This document shows positions 31,864 to 41,026 of a stretch of 64,000 nucleotides of DNA, piece by piece (the stretch's first letter is position 1; each line of letters starts with the position of its first letter). The DNA is taken from positions 250,686-314,685 of the forward strand of contig CAVXFH010000002.1 of NCBI GenBank assembly GCA_963761035.1, given 5' to 3'. The DNA is from an uncultured Gammaproteobacteria bacterium. GTDB lineage: Bacteria > Pseudomonadota > Gammaproteobacteria > DRLM01. The translations under genes and the position numbers were made by a program. The notes under the pieces are model-generated. The model made no database searches and had not been told where the DNA came from. It was given only the letters and a program-made list of their open reading frames with translations.

Positions 31864-32264
31864 ATATCAGCCTTTCTCCCAAACAAGCGTTCGAGCCGCT
31901 GCCTGGCCTCATCCACCTTCGAATACGAATCTGTTTTGTCGCTATCCGCCACGGTCCCGTTGGAGTTCCCGCTAAATAAATCTTCCAGCTTTGCACGCGC
32001 ATTCCGGGAGACCTCCTCATCTCCCAGGCGATAAGCACCCGCTTTTATCTTAAAATAACCGCAAAAATTAGCGCGCTGCTTATCCTGTACTTCCTCGGCC
32101 AGAGGCTCGCGGCAGGTCCCGGCGACTCGGGTATCGTAAAACTCGCAGAGGTAACAGACATGCAAATCGGCGCGGCACGAAACGCATTCCGCCAAGCGCA
32201 TCAAGGTTCCGGGCTGATCGGCGAGCGTTGCCCCGCACTTCCAACATACATAGCTATCCGCCAT
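31860..32264 (-). CDS. Cys-rich zinc-ribbon protein, about 134 aa
   Basis: MADSYVCWKCGATL...CVSCRADLHVCYLCEFYD...GTCRE...ANFCGYF: several CxxC pairs. Start taken at ATG 32264. Confidence 0.55.
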   Translation of the reverse strand: MADSYVCWKCGATLADQPGTLMRLAECVSCRADLHVCYLCEFYDTRVAGTCREPLAEEVQDKQRANFCGYFKIKAGAYRLGDEEVSRNARAKLEDLFSGNSNGTVADSDKTDSYSKVDEARQRLERLFGRKADI

Positions 32265-32483
32265 GGCGTACCCCGTATTATCCCGTTCCTTTCCGCCACC
32301 ATCACCTTCGCATAATTTATAACAAAAAACCACGCCTTTCGCCTTGCGGTCCACAGGGTTGAATTTCTCAAAGAGCGATGGGGATACTGAAGCATTGATA
32401 AGCCTAGGCCGGTTCTTGTATTATGAATAAGTTGATTCTTTCACTCGTAATCCACGTTTGAAAAAAATACGGATTCGCAATAC

Positions 32484-32972
32484 ATGACCCGTTTGGCAGT
32501 CATAGTGAGCGCCGTACTAACCCTTGCCGGTTGCAGCCATGTCGGCAAAACCGTGAAATGGTCCGACGCCGACACTGCCCCTTCCGGAATGAGTTTTTCC
32601 AATGGCATGCCGCCTTCCAGCAAAGGTCCTTCTCCGGCATGGTACGCGAAACGTTTTGGCCCTGTGCGCGGCGTCGGCGAGGCCATAGTACAAAATCGCG
32701 ATTCCCTATGGGATCGCGATCATGGAACCTTTGTCTATTACATAGGCGGCGTGTTGTCCGCGCAATATCATCCCTGGGAACACTATTTACAAATCCGCAC
32801 GGACACAAATGAGGGAAATCGCATCTCCTGCCACTGGACGGGGGACGGAACCCTCACCGTCACTGCGGATAAGAGATCGACTTCCGACAACGCGGAAGCC
32901 ACTTGCAAACAACTCCTGAATACCCTCGAGAAACACGTCGCCCCTTCGGGGCCGCTATCGAGCGGCTCGTGA
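32484..32972 (+). CDS. Lipoprotein, 162 aa, unknown function
   Basis: MTRLAVIVSAVLTLAGC lipobox (LAGC). Confidence 0.65.
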   Translation: MTRLAVIVSAVLTLAGCSHVGKTVKWSDADTAPSGMSFSNGMPPSSKGPSPAWYAKRFGPVRGVGEAIVQNRDSLWDRDHGTFVYYIGGVLSAQYHPWEHYLQIRTDTNEGNRISCHWTGDGTLTVTADKRSTSDNAEATCKQLLNTLEKHVAPSGPLSSGS

Positions 32973-33001
32973 ATCGGGTTTTGATCTAATCTCTGCCAAA
33001 C

Positions 33002-33033
33002 AAAACGCCCGTTCCAGATAGAACGGGCGTTTT
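33002..33033. terminator. Bidirectional Rho-independent terminator
   Basis: AAAACGCCCGTTC (33002-33014) / GAACGGGCGTTTT (33021-33033), 6-nt loop, A-tract and T-tract on either side. Between the convergent lipoprotein and rhlE genes. Confidence 0.8.
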
Positions 33034-33103
33034 GTGGCGCGACCCTTAAAAGGGCTGATTTTGCTATAGATGCAGCGCTTCTACACCACCAGCCGAACCG
33101 GCC

Positions 33104-34453
33104 TTAGCCGACGACGGCGGACCGAGAACGCTGGCGTCGCTGCCCTCCAGCGGGAATGGATCCCATGTCACGCTTGGGACGCCCGCCGCCACTCCGTTCT
33201 TTCTTGGCAAATTTGGGCACCACTGGTTGATCGGCTCCGAAACGCGGCTTAGCGTTGCTATAGCCCTTCGAGTTTCGTCTCGGACCGTTATCGTTACGCC
33301 CACCACGGCGGGCGGGAAATACCGGTTCCAACCCAGGGATAATTTCCCTGTCTAATTTCCGTCCGGTGAGACGTTCGATACCGGCCAGTTTGGAACGATC
33401 CTCGGGGCCAACCAAGGTAATGGCGGTACCCGTAGCGCCGGCGCGGCCGGTACGGCCGATGCGATGGATATAATCTTCCGCCACCATAGGCAGATCAAAA
33501 TTAATGACATGAGTGATGCCTCTGATATCGAGACCGCGGGCCGCCACATCCGTCGCCACCAACAACCGAACTTTGCCCTCACGCATCCGATCCACGGTGC
33601 GCTTGCGGTCTCTTTGGCCCATATCGCCATGGAGCGCGGCACTGGCATGGCCTTGCTCGGCTAGTACCTGGGCCAATCTGTCCGCGCCGCGCTTGGTCGC
33701 GGTAAAGATCACGGCTTGGGCCAACTCCACGTTGGAAATGTGATGATCCAGCAGGCGATGCTTGTGCTCGATATTGTCGGCCTGATGAACGCGCTGATTA
33801 ATCGACGCATGGCGCTCGTGATTGGCCGCCAGCTGTACGCGCTCGGGGTTCTTCATTAGTTGCTTGGCTATGGCCAGAATCCTGCCTTCCAGGGTGGCGG
33901 AAAACAACAGCGTTTGGCGGTTGGCGGGCGTTGCCGCGGCGATGATCTTGATGGCGTCGATAAAGCCCATATCGAGCATACGATCGGCCTCATCCAATAC
34001 CAGCATTTCAAGCCGGGAAAAATCCACGCGGCCCCGCTCCATATGATCCATCAGACGGCCGGGGGTCGCCACCAAGAGATCCAAGGGTTGATTCAATAAA
34101 CGATTCTGCGGCGGATAGGGCATGCCGCCCACTACGCTGCCGTTGGCGATCTTGCAGAAACGGCTTAATTGGCGAATGTTGTCGTTGATTTGAATGGCCA
34201 GCTCGCGGGTAGGCGTCAACACTAATACCCGTGCCCCCCTGCCATGGATCGGAGCAGGTCTGAGCAAGCGCTCCAGGGCCGGCAACACGAAGGCGGCGGT
34301 CTTGCCCGTGCCGGTCTGGGCCGAGGCCATCACGTCACGTCCGGCCAATACCAAAGGGATCGCCAGGCGCTGGATGTCGGTCGGTGAGGTAAAGCCGCTG
34401 GCCTCAACGGCCTGTAACAATTTAGAGTTCAATTTCAGTTCTTTGAATGACAC
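33104..34453 (-). CDS. rhlE: ATP-dependent DEAD-box RNA helicase RhlE
   Basis: AQTGTGKTAAF (motif I), DEAD box (LVLDEADRMLDMGF), SAT, HRIGRTGRAG, Arg/Gly-rich basic C-terminal tail. GTG 34453 (MSFKELKLN) preceded by GGAGA is preferred over the TTG at 34459. Confidence 0.9.
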   Translation of the reverse strand: MSFKELKLNSKLLQAVEASGFTSPTDIQRLAIPLVLAGRDVMASAQTGTGKTAAFVLPALERLLRPAPIHGRGARVLVLTPTRELAIQINDNIRQLSRFCKIANGSVVGGMPYPPQNRLLNQPLDLLVATPGRLMDHMERGRVDFSRLEMLVLDEADRMLDMGFIDAIKIIAAATPANRQTLLFSATLEGRILAIAKQLMKNPERVQLAANHERHASINQRVHQADNIEHKHRLLDHHISNVELAQAVIFTATKRGADRLAQVLAEQGHASAALHGDMGQRDRKRTVDRMREGKVRLLVATDVAARGLDIRGITHVINFDLPMVAEDYIHRIGRTGRAGATGTAITLVGPEDRSKLAGIERLTGRKLDREIIPGLEPVFPARRGGRNDNGPRRNSKGYSNAKPRFGADQPVVPKFAKKERSGGGRPKRDMGSIPAGGQRRQRSRSAVVG

Positions 34454-34763
34454 AAACAATCTCCATCCGCCGCTAATGGCAGGCTTTTATATGGTAAGAA
34501 AACGAACGTCAGCGAAATTACGCGGGGGTAATCACATCGCTTGGTTCACACGGTGGCGGCCCGAACGGATTTCCATCAAGTCGCCTTACGTCGCCAACCA
34601 GTTAACCAATGATGTGCAACCACGGAGGGAAGGTTAGAAACGTCTTATGGCCCTCCTTAAGGAGGACATGCCACTATACGCAAAGGGTGGGAGGAAAGCC
34701 AGCACTTTTAACCCCGGCGCGCTGAATAAAATCCCCAAGAGGTTTGGCCGTCCCGCACAGCGC

Positions 34764-35192
34764 CTAGCCCCCGGGCACTGACTTTTTATACTCGGCGAGA
34801 GCGCCGCGAATACGCGATAGCGGCACTACTCCGCCATGGTTAATACCTTCACAACGCGCGGCTTCACGATGCCACGCCGTGCGGGATCGCACAGTCTCCG
34901 GCCAAAAGGGATAGGTACGACATTGCAAAGGACGTACTGAATAGATTCGGCAGGCATTGTCCACATTCAAAAAAACACAGCGCCCCCCGCCATCATTGTT
35001 AAGCACCCGATCGCCCTCCAAGGTTCGGCGTAAATAGCGGCGTTTAAACCATGGCGCGGTCAGTCCCAAAGCGCGGCGTATCGTTTCCGCCTCCGGTTCC
35101 TCCAGATAAACATGATAGTCCGCATCGCCGCTGCAGCAGCGCCCACACCCCGTACAATGAAACCGCAGAGGATTATTTTCATAAAATGTCAT
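34764..35192 (-). CDS. YkgJ-family (UPF0153) cysteine-cluster protein
   Basis: FHCTGCGRCCSG ... GGGRCVFL ... CRIYSVRPLQCRTYPFWP is the family pattern. Start ambiguous (ATG 35192 versus TTG 35237). Confidence 0.7.
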   Translation of the reverse strand: MTFYENNPLRFHCTGCGRCCSGDADYHVYLEEPEAETIRRALGLTAPWFKRRYLRRTLEGDRVLNNDGGGRCVFLNVDNACRIYSVRPLQCRTYPFWPETVRSRTAWHREAARCEGINHGGVVPLSRIRGALAEYKKSVPGG

Positions 35193-35293
35193 TGACGAAG
35201 TGCCCGTAGTGGAAAAGAGAATATTGTATTGGTGCAATTCCTCCGGTTAACGGATTCCCGGCCTCGAATGCGCAAAATCCGCGGTAAGTTTTA

Positions 35294-36076
35294 TTAATTC
35301 CCAGCAACGGCAGCCTGGAACCCGTCAAAAAAATGCATAATGGCTTCGACCTCGCCTTGCGCGTGCGACGGCAACACTTCCCAAGCGGGCTTTCCCGCCG
35401 CGCGCAAATGGTGTTCTATCAATATCGCTCTCAAGAATTGCAGGCTGTGCATTGCGTGGGTATTCATATCGCTGATGAGATAATTGAATTTATCGACGAA
35501 GACGGGATCCCGCATGGTCCCATCAAGCAAGCCGCTTTTAGTCGCCGTTAGCATTTGAGAGAGAAAACCCTTCTGGCCTTCATGAAGATCCGGGTCGTGA
35601 AAAAACTTAAAGGCGTGCTCCAGATCGTGAACCATGAACGCAAAGGCATTGGGCTTATTCAACACCGGCTGCAGCACGCGCGGGTATTCCGACAGAATCG
35701 TCACCGCCCTGGTGCCTCGCGCCTGCATCTGCAACATTTCTTCCGGACCGGGGATGTGTCCGCATAAGTACAGCGGCCAGCAGCCTCGCAGCCATGCCAG
35801 AAGCGCGGCGCCAACATTGGGGATTACCCCCAGAAAATTATAGCGCTCAAAATAGTAGACGAGACGCTCCCGAAGTTCAGCGCCGGTTATTCCTTCCAAG
35901 CCGTTTAACCAAAGTAAATGATTCGGACGAGGATCCCGTTTGAATTTACGCGACGCAAAGCGCCGGCCATGAAGCGCGGCTTGCCAATGCAAAAAATACA
36001 ATGCGGCATACACGGCATCGCTAATATTGCCCGCATCCCTGCGTCGAACTAATTTGGCCAACTGAACTTGCAGCAT
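35294..36076 (-). CDS. Hypothetical protein, 260 aa (His/Asp-rich motif FMVHDLEHAFKFFHDPDLHEG)
   Basis: Clean ORF 28 nt downstream of nadA on the same strand. No family recognised. Confidence 0.55.
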   Translation of the reverse strand: MLQVQLAKLVRRRDAGNISDAVYAALYFLHWQAALHGRRFASRKFKRDPRPNHLLWLNGLEGITGAELRERLVYYFERYNFLGVIPNVGAALLAWLRGCWPLYLCGHIPGPEEMLQMQARGTRAVTILSEYPRVLQPVLNKPNAFAFMVHDLEHAFKFFHDPDLHEGQKGFLSQMLTATKSGLLDGTMRDPVFVDKFNYLISDMNTHAMHSLQFLRAILIEHHLRAAGKPAWEVLPSHAQGEVEAIMHFFDGFQAAVAGN

Positions 36077-36104
36077 GGTTTATGCGCGGCGCACCTGTCA
36101 CCGC

Positions 36105-37208
36105 TTATGGCGACACTTCGAACATGCGATGGAGGGACAAGCGAGCCTCCGCCGCAAGTGCCTCCGGCACTCGGATGTGGTTGACCACCCGGCCATCCAC
36201 CAGATTCTCCAAGATCCACAACAAGTGCTGGGGATCGATGCGGAACATGGTGGAGCACATGCAGATCGTAGGCGACATGAAGTGCACGTCCTTGCCTTCG
36301 TGTTTGTGCAGCTCATGCAGTCGACTGACGAGATTGAGCTCGGTGCCCACCAGCCAGCGCGTACCGGGGGCGGATGCGGCGACGGTGCGGATGATGTATT
36401 CGGTGGACCCTACATAATCCGAACTTTGACATACTTCGAAGGAACATTCGGGATGTGAGATAACCTTGCCTTCAGGGAATTTACCCCGGAAGGCTTCGAC
36501 ATGTTCCGGACGGAACATCTGGTGTACGGAACAAAAGCCCTTCCACAATATCATCCTGGCCCGGCGAATCTGCGCCGCCGTCAAGCCGCCCATCGGTTGC
36601 ATGAAATCCCAGGTAACCATCTCTTCAAGCGGCATGCCCATTCGATAAGCGGTATTGCGCCCCAGATGCTGGTCCGGGAAGAACAGCACCTTTTCCCTCT
36701 GCTTGAACGACCACTCCAAGACTTGGCGCGCATTGGACGACGTGCACACGCTACCGCCATGGCGGCCGCAAAACGCCTTCAAATCGGCGGCGGAATTGAT
36801 ATAAGTCACGGGCGTGACGGTTTGATCGGCATCACCCAGCACTTCATGCAACTCGCGCCAAGCCCGCTCTACCTTGGATAGATTGGCCATATCGGCCATG
36901 GAGCAACCGGCGGCGAGATCGGGCAGGATGGCGATTTGTTCCGGACGCGACAGGATATCCGCCACTTCGGCCATGAAGTGCACACCGCAAAATACGATGT
37001 AGGCGGCCTGCGATTGCGCCGCCAGTCGTGACAACTTAAGAGAATCGCCCGAATAGTGGGCGTGACGAAATACCTCTTCGCGCTGATAGTGATGCCCCAG
37101 TATCACCAAGCGCTCGCCGAGTTTCGCCTTGGCGGCAACGATGCGCGATCCTATCTCAGCTTCATCGAGCCGGGAGAATTGCTGAATTGCCAACGCGTTC
37201 GCCGCCAT
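36105..37208 (-). CDS. nadA: Quinolinate synthase
   Basis: 367 aa, LVILGHHYQREEV...GDSLKLS...FCGVHFMAE..., CSMADM, CSVHQMF, CMCSTMFRI. NadA cluster cysteines and overall pattern. Confidence 0.9.
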   Translation of the reverse strand: MAANALAIQQFSRLDEAEIGSRIVAAKAKLGERLVILGHHYQREEVFRHAHYSGDSLKLSRLAAQSQAAYIVFCGVHFMAEVADILSRPEQIAILPDLAAGCSMADMANLSKVERAWRELHEVLGDADQTVTPVTYINSAADLKAFCGRHGGSVCTSSNARQVLEWSFKQREKVLFFPDQHLGRNTAYRMGMPLEEMVTWDFMQPMGGLTAAQIRRARMILWKGFCSVHQMFRPEHVEAFRGKFPEGKVISHPECSFEVCQSSDYVGSTEYIIRTVAASAPGTRWLVGTELNLVSRLHELHKHEGKDVHFMSPTICMCSTMFRIDPQHLLWILENLVDGRVVNHIRVPEALAAEARLSLHRMFEVSP

Positions 37209-37249
37209 AGCTCAATACAATATCATAGCGCCCATGACATGCCCAATGT

Positions 37250-39031
37250 TCAGATTTTTTCCGTCTGTTTACGCAAGCGGATACCCAATTCGCGCAGATG
37301 CATCTCCCCTACCGGCGCGGGCGCCGAGGTCAGCAGGCAGGTGGCGGACTGGGTCTTGGGGAAGGCCATTACGTCGCGGATGGAGGAGGCGCCGCTCATC
37401 AACATTACCAATCGATCCAGGCCGAATGCCACTCCCCCATGGGGAGGGCAACCGAACGACAGCGCCTCCAGCAAGAAGCCGAATTTGTCTCTGGCCTCTT
37501 CTTCACCAATACCCAGCAGCTTGAACACCGCCTGCTGCATCTCAGGACGGTGAATACGGATCGAACCGCCGCCGACTTCGGTGCCGTTCAACACCATATC
37601 ATAGGCGCGGGAGATACAACCGCCGGGATCCGCCGCCACTTCTTCGGGACTGTCCACCTGCGGAGCGGTGAAAGGATGATGCAAGGCCGCCCAGCGATTC
37701 TCCTTGCCGTCCCACTCGAACATGGGGAAGTCAACCACCCAAACCGGCCGCCAACCGTGTTCCACCAGGCCGCGATCATGGCCGATTTTGACTCGCAGCG
37801 CGCCCATGGACTCGTTGACGACCTTGGCCTTGTCCGCGCCGAAGAAAATCAAGTCACCGCTCTGGGCCTCGGTACGCTGCAAAATCGCCGCGATGACCTC
37901 ATCGGGCAGAAACTTGACGATGGGCGATTGCAATCCTTCGCGGCCTGAACCGGTGTCGTTGACCTTTATATACGCCAAACCTTTCGCGCCATAGCGTGCG
38001 ATGTAAGTCGTGTAATCATCGATCTCCTTACGGCTCAACTCGCCCCCGGCGGGAAGGCGCATCGCCACCACTCGGCCGTGTGGGTCCACGGCCGGCGCGG
38101 AAAACACCTTGAAATCCACATCTCCCATGACATCCTTTAACTCCACCAACTCCAGCGGGATGCGTAGATCCGGACGATCGACGCCAAAGCGGAGCAACGA
38201 TTCGGCGTAAGTCATACGCGGAAAAGGCGCGTGCAAGGGCACTTCCAACACCTGCGCGAATAACTCACGGATCATGTCTTCCATCAAGCTCATGAGCTGG
38301 TCTTCATTGATGAAGGACATTTCGATATCGAGCTGCGTAAATTCGGGCTGGCGATCGGCACGCAGATCTTCGTCACGGAAACAACGCACGATCTGGTAAT
38401 AGCGGTCCATCCCCGACATCATCAGTATTTGCTTGAATAACTGCGGCGACTGCGGCAGGGCGAAAAATTCGCCGGGATGCGTGCGGCTCGGTACCAGGTA
38501 ATCCCGCGCGCCCTCGGGCGTCGATTTAGTAAGCATCGGGGTTTCGATATCGAGAAAACCGCGGTCGTCGAGAAAACGCCGTAGCGTCCGGGTTACCTTG
38601 GCGCGCATCATGAGACGCTGCTGCATCTGCGGGCGGCGCAAGTCCAAATACCGATAGCGCAACCTGATCTCTTCGCCAAGTTCCAGCTCGTCGTCGACCT
38701 GGAAAGGTAATGCCTCGGCGCGGTTCAAGATTTCCAAGTTCTCACCGACGATCTCCACCTGGCCGGTGGGCAGATTGGGATTTTCGGTGCCGGCGGGGCG
38801 GAATCGAACCGTGCCGCATACCCGTAATACGAATTCACTGCGTACCCGTTCGGCGAACATGAAAATTTCTGGATTGGCAGGATCGCACACCACCTGCACG
38901 ACGCCCTCACGGTCACGTAAATCCACGAAGATCACGCCGCCATGGTCACGGCGGCGATGCACCCAGCCGCACACCTCCACCTGCTGTCCCACCAGAGATT
39001 CGTTTACATGGCCGCAATAGTGGCTACGCAT
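37250..39031 (-). CDS. aspS: Aspartate--tRNA ligase
   Basis: 593 aa, [61 protein letters not shown] (motif 2), [16 protein letters not shown] (motif 3). Confidence 0.97.
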   Translation of the reverse strand: MRSHYCGHVNESLVGQQVEVCGWVHRRRDHGGVIFVDLRDREGVVQVVCDPANPEIFMFAERVRSEFVLRVCGTVRFRPAGTENPNLPTGQVEIVGENLEILNRAEALPFQVDDELELGEEIRLRYRYLDLRRPQMQQRLMMRAKVTRTLRRFLDDRGFLDIETPMLTKSTPEGARDYLVPSRTHPGEFFALPQSPQLFKQILMMSGMDRYYQIVRCFRDEDLRADRQPEFTQLDIEMSFINEDQLMSLMEDMIRELFAQVLEVPLHAPFPRMTYAESLLRFGVDRPDLRIPLELVELKDVMGDVDFKVFSAPAVDPHGRVVAMRLPAGGELSRKEIDDYTTYIARYGAKGLAYIKVNDTGSGREGLQSPIVKFLPDEVIAAILQRTEAQSGDLIFFGADKAKVVNESMGALRVKIGHDRGLVEHGWRPVWVVDFPMFEWDGKENRWAALHHPFTAPQVDSPEEVAADPGGCISRAYDMVLNGTEVGGGSIRIHRPEMQQAVFKLLGIGEEEARDKFGFLLEALSFGCPPHGGVAFGLDRLVMLMSGASSIRDVMAFPKTQSATCLLTSAPAPVGEMHLRELGIRLRKQTEKI

Positions 39032-39085
39032 TTACTTCACTTCCTTTAAGATAATGGTTTAATCCGCGCAGGAAAGGGCGCAATG

Positions 39086-39739
39086 TTACTTTTTAGGATG
39101 CGTTTCCGCAACGCCGCTTGCCGAAGGCGGAACGGCGCCACTCCAAGCCGGCACCACCACCCCCATGGAAATAATCATCTTGAGGCCCTGGTCCACGCTC
39201 ATATCCAGTTCCACCACATCGCGGCGGGGCACCATCAAAAAAAATCCTGAGGTGGGATTGGGCGTGGTAGGCACGTAAATATTGATGACCTCTTCACCGG
39301 TCTTGCTTTGCGCCTCGCCTACCGCCGTTCCCGTCTGGAAGGCCAGTGTCCATAAGCCTTTACGGGGATATTCGATTAACAAGACCTTGCGGAACGACTG
39401 GCCGCCGGTGCTGAGTAGCGTCTCCGAAAGCTGTTTAACGCTGGCATAAATCGACCGCACCAACGGGATCCGATGCAATATCGCCTCCCAAGCCGCCAAC
39501 AACTGCTGCCCGAAGAAATTGGCCATGATCGCGCCGGTACCCAGCACCACGGCCAGCGAAAGCACCACCCCCAAACCGGGTATATGGAAACCAAAGAGGT
39601 GATCGGGACGAATGGCTTCCGGCAGGATCAACAGGGTCTGATCCATGGTATCCATCAGCAGCTTCACTACCAGCAGTGTCACCCCCAAGGGCAACCACAC
39701 TAACAAGCCGGTAATCAAATAACGCCGCATCCGTGTCAT
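39086..39739 (-). CDS. DUF502-family membrane protein
   Basis: MRRYLITGLLVWLPLGVTLLVVKLL... and ...IPLVRSIYASVKQ... match my recollection of DUF502. Confidence 0.7.
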   Translation of the reverse strand: MTRMRRYLITGLLVWLPLGVTLLVVKLLMDTMDQTLLILPEAIRPDHLFGFHIPGLGVVLSLAVVLGTGAIMANFFGQQLLAAWEAILHRIPLVRSIYASVKQLSETLLSTGGQSFRKVLLIEYPRKGLWTLAFQTGTAVGEAQSKTGEEVINIYVPTTPNPTSGFFLMVPRRDVVELDMSVDQGLKMIISMGVVVPAWSGAVPPSASGVAETHPKK

Positions 39740-39979
39740 GACGAATTCACCTCAGCCGATGATGCCGGTAGGGCACGCGGCAGAGTCGCCCATGCGCTGT
39801 GGCAGATCACGATCAGCCTCGGCTCTATTCCTCCCGCACACCACGTCAACTCCCGTAAGGATGATTCATGGCAGCCCTGACCCTCGGTCGAAGGTGCATC
39901 ACTCATTTTTGCCAGACCTCCCTGCAACGGCCGCAGACAGCATATACATACTCATTGATCGGCATAAAAAACACTTAGC

Positions 39980-40019
39980 GATTCAAATTGATTCAGACAC
40001 TTATTCAGAAAGATTCAGA
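39980..40019. repeat. Four phased direct repeats (G/T)ATTCA(G/A)A with starts at 39980, 39990, 40002, 40012
   Basis: gattcaaa ... gattcaga ... tattcaga ... gattcaga, read directly. Spacing 10/12/10 bp (about one helical turn) in an A/T-rich 500-nt non-coding gap. Confidence 0.6.
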
Positions 40020-40234
40020 ACCTTGCCAAATCACGTATATCCGCTTTGAGGCTGGAACAAATATCAACTTTTATACCATAATTATATAAGCAGCCTTGGA
40101 AAACGTGATTCTTTGAAATTCTTCTTGCTAAATCAACACATATCCTCTAGTGTTTTCCTTAGGCGCTTCATCTGATCGCCAAAAAGAGGTTAGTTGTAAC
40201 TAAACCCCCGCAAACCCATAAAGGAGGAGAATTC

Positions 40235-40336
40235 GTGACTACGAAAAAAACCGCCACCCAGGACGATACGATCATTGTTGTCGCAGCATTCGTCATCATC
40301 ACCCTGATTTATATCTTTGGACGGTATTATCTTTAA
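40235..40336 (+). CDS. Small hydrophobic peptide, 33 aa (below ORF-track cutoff)
   Basis: GTG 40235 preceded at optimal spacing by a very strong AAAGGAGGAG. VTTKKTATQDDTIIVVAAFVIITLIYIFGRYYL* has a polar N-terminus and one TM helix. A hairpin follows at 40412-40440. Confidence 0.45.
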   Translation: MTTKKTATQDDTIIVVAAFVIITLIYIFGRYYL

Positions 40337-40411
40337 AAGCTAAATCGTAAAGAACTTAAGATCCCATAATTGCGGTATTTCGGCAACGATTAGCAGGATT
40401 AACCAAACTTA

Positions 40412-40440
40412 GGGAAGGCAAGCGAATCGCTAACCTTCCC
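40412..40440 (+). terminator. Stem-loop downstream of the small peptide ORF (GGGAAGG ... CCTTCCC)
   Basis: 7-bp outer stem 40412-40418 / 40434-40440 plus inner GCG/CGC pairing, followed by CCGTTTGTATT (weak U-tract). Confidence 0.4.
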
Positions 40441-40540
40441 CCCGTTTGTATTCCGGCCCCAAGTCGCTGCTCACCCCCAGACATTAGGAGTTCGCGTAAC
40501 AATCCTCAGGCCGCCGCATCCGCGGCCTTTGACTGCTATT

Positions 40541-40846
40541 TCATGTCTCGACCGGTTTTGCCGGTTTATCGGTTTTCGATCCACCGCCAGTTTTATCCGA
40601 GTCCGCGGACTTTCCCTCCGGTGCCGCACCACCCTGGGCAACGTCTCCAGAAGCTTTCTTGCCCTTATCCTTAAAATCCGTGACATACCAGCCGCTGCCT
40701 TTCAATTGAAAACCTGCCGCCGAGATAAGTTTCTTCAAGGCAGATTGACCGCATACCGGACAGTCTGACAGTGGGTCCTCAGTCATTTTTTGCATCGCCT
40801 CCAGACGATGGCCACAAGCCTCACACTGATATTCGTAAATCGGCAT
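40541..40846 (-). CDS. FmdB-family zinc-ribbon putative regulatory protein
   Basis: [54 protein letters not shown] is the canonical FmdB/CxxC_CxxC_SSSS motif. ATG 40846. Confidence 0.85.
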   Translation of the reverse strand: MPIYEYQCEACGHRLEAMQKMTEDPLSDCPVCGQSALKKLISAAGFQLKGSGWYVTDFKDKGKKASGDVAQGGAAPEGKSADSDKTGGGSKTDKPAKPVET

Positions 40847-41026
40847 ACTATAACCTTTCAAATTCCCCTATCGACGATACACTCCGCGCGGGAAAAAATC
40901 CCCTTTATTAAATAGTATCCGCCGACGATGAGTTCAAGTCTCCGGACCAAGTCGGCACGGCAAACCCTCACTCATGCAGCCGCAGTCCGTGTAAACTGGT
41001 CGCGTACCCAGAAATGCCTCTGTCTC

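Noticed and set aside
34668-34787. 39-codon + strand ORF starting right after the AAGGAGG half of the palindrome
   Set aside because: The ATG is only 2 nt from the Shine-Dalgarno-like sequence, which is too close. The product is basic low-complexity, and the ORF runs into the 3-prime end of the convergent gene.
39736-39927. 63-aa - strand ORF overlapping the DUF502 start
   Set aside because: No Shine-Dalgarno, odd composition, and it sits in what is more likely the promoter and leader of the DUF502 gene.
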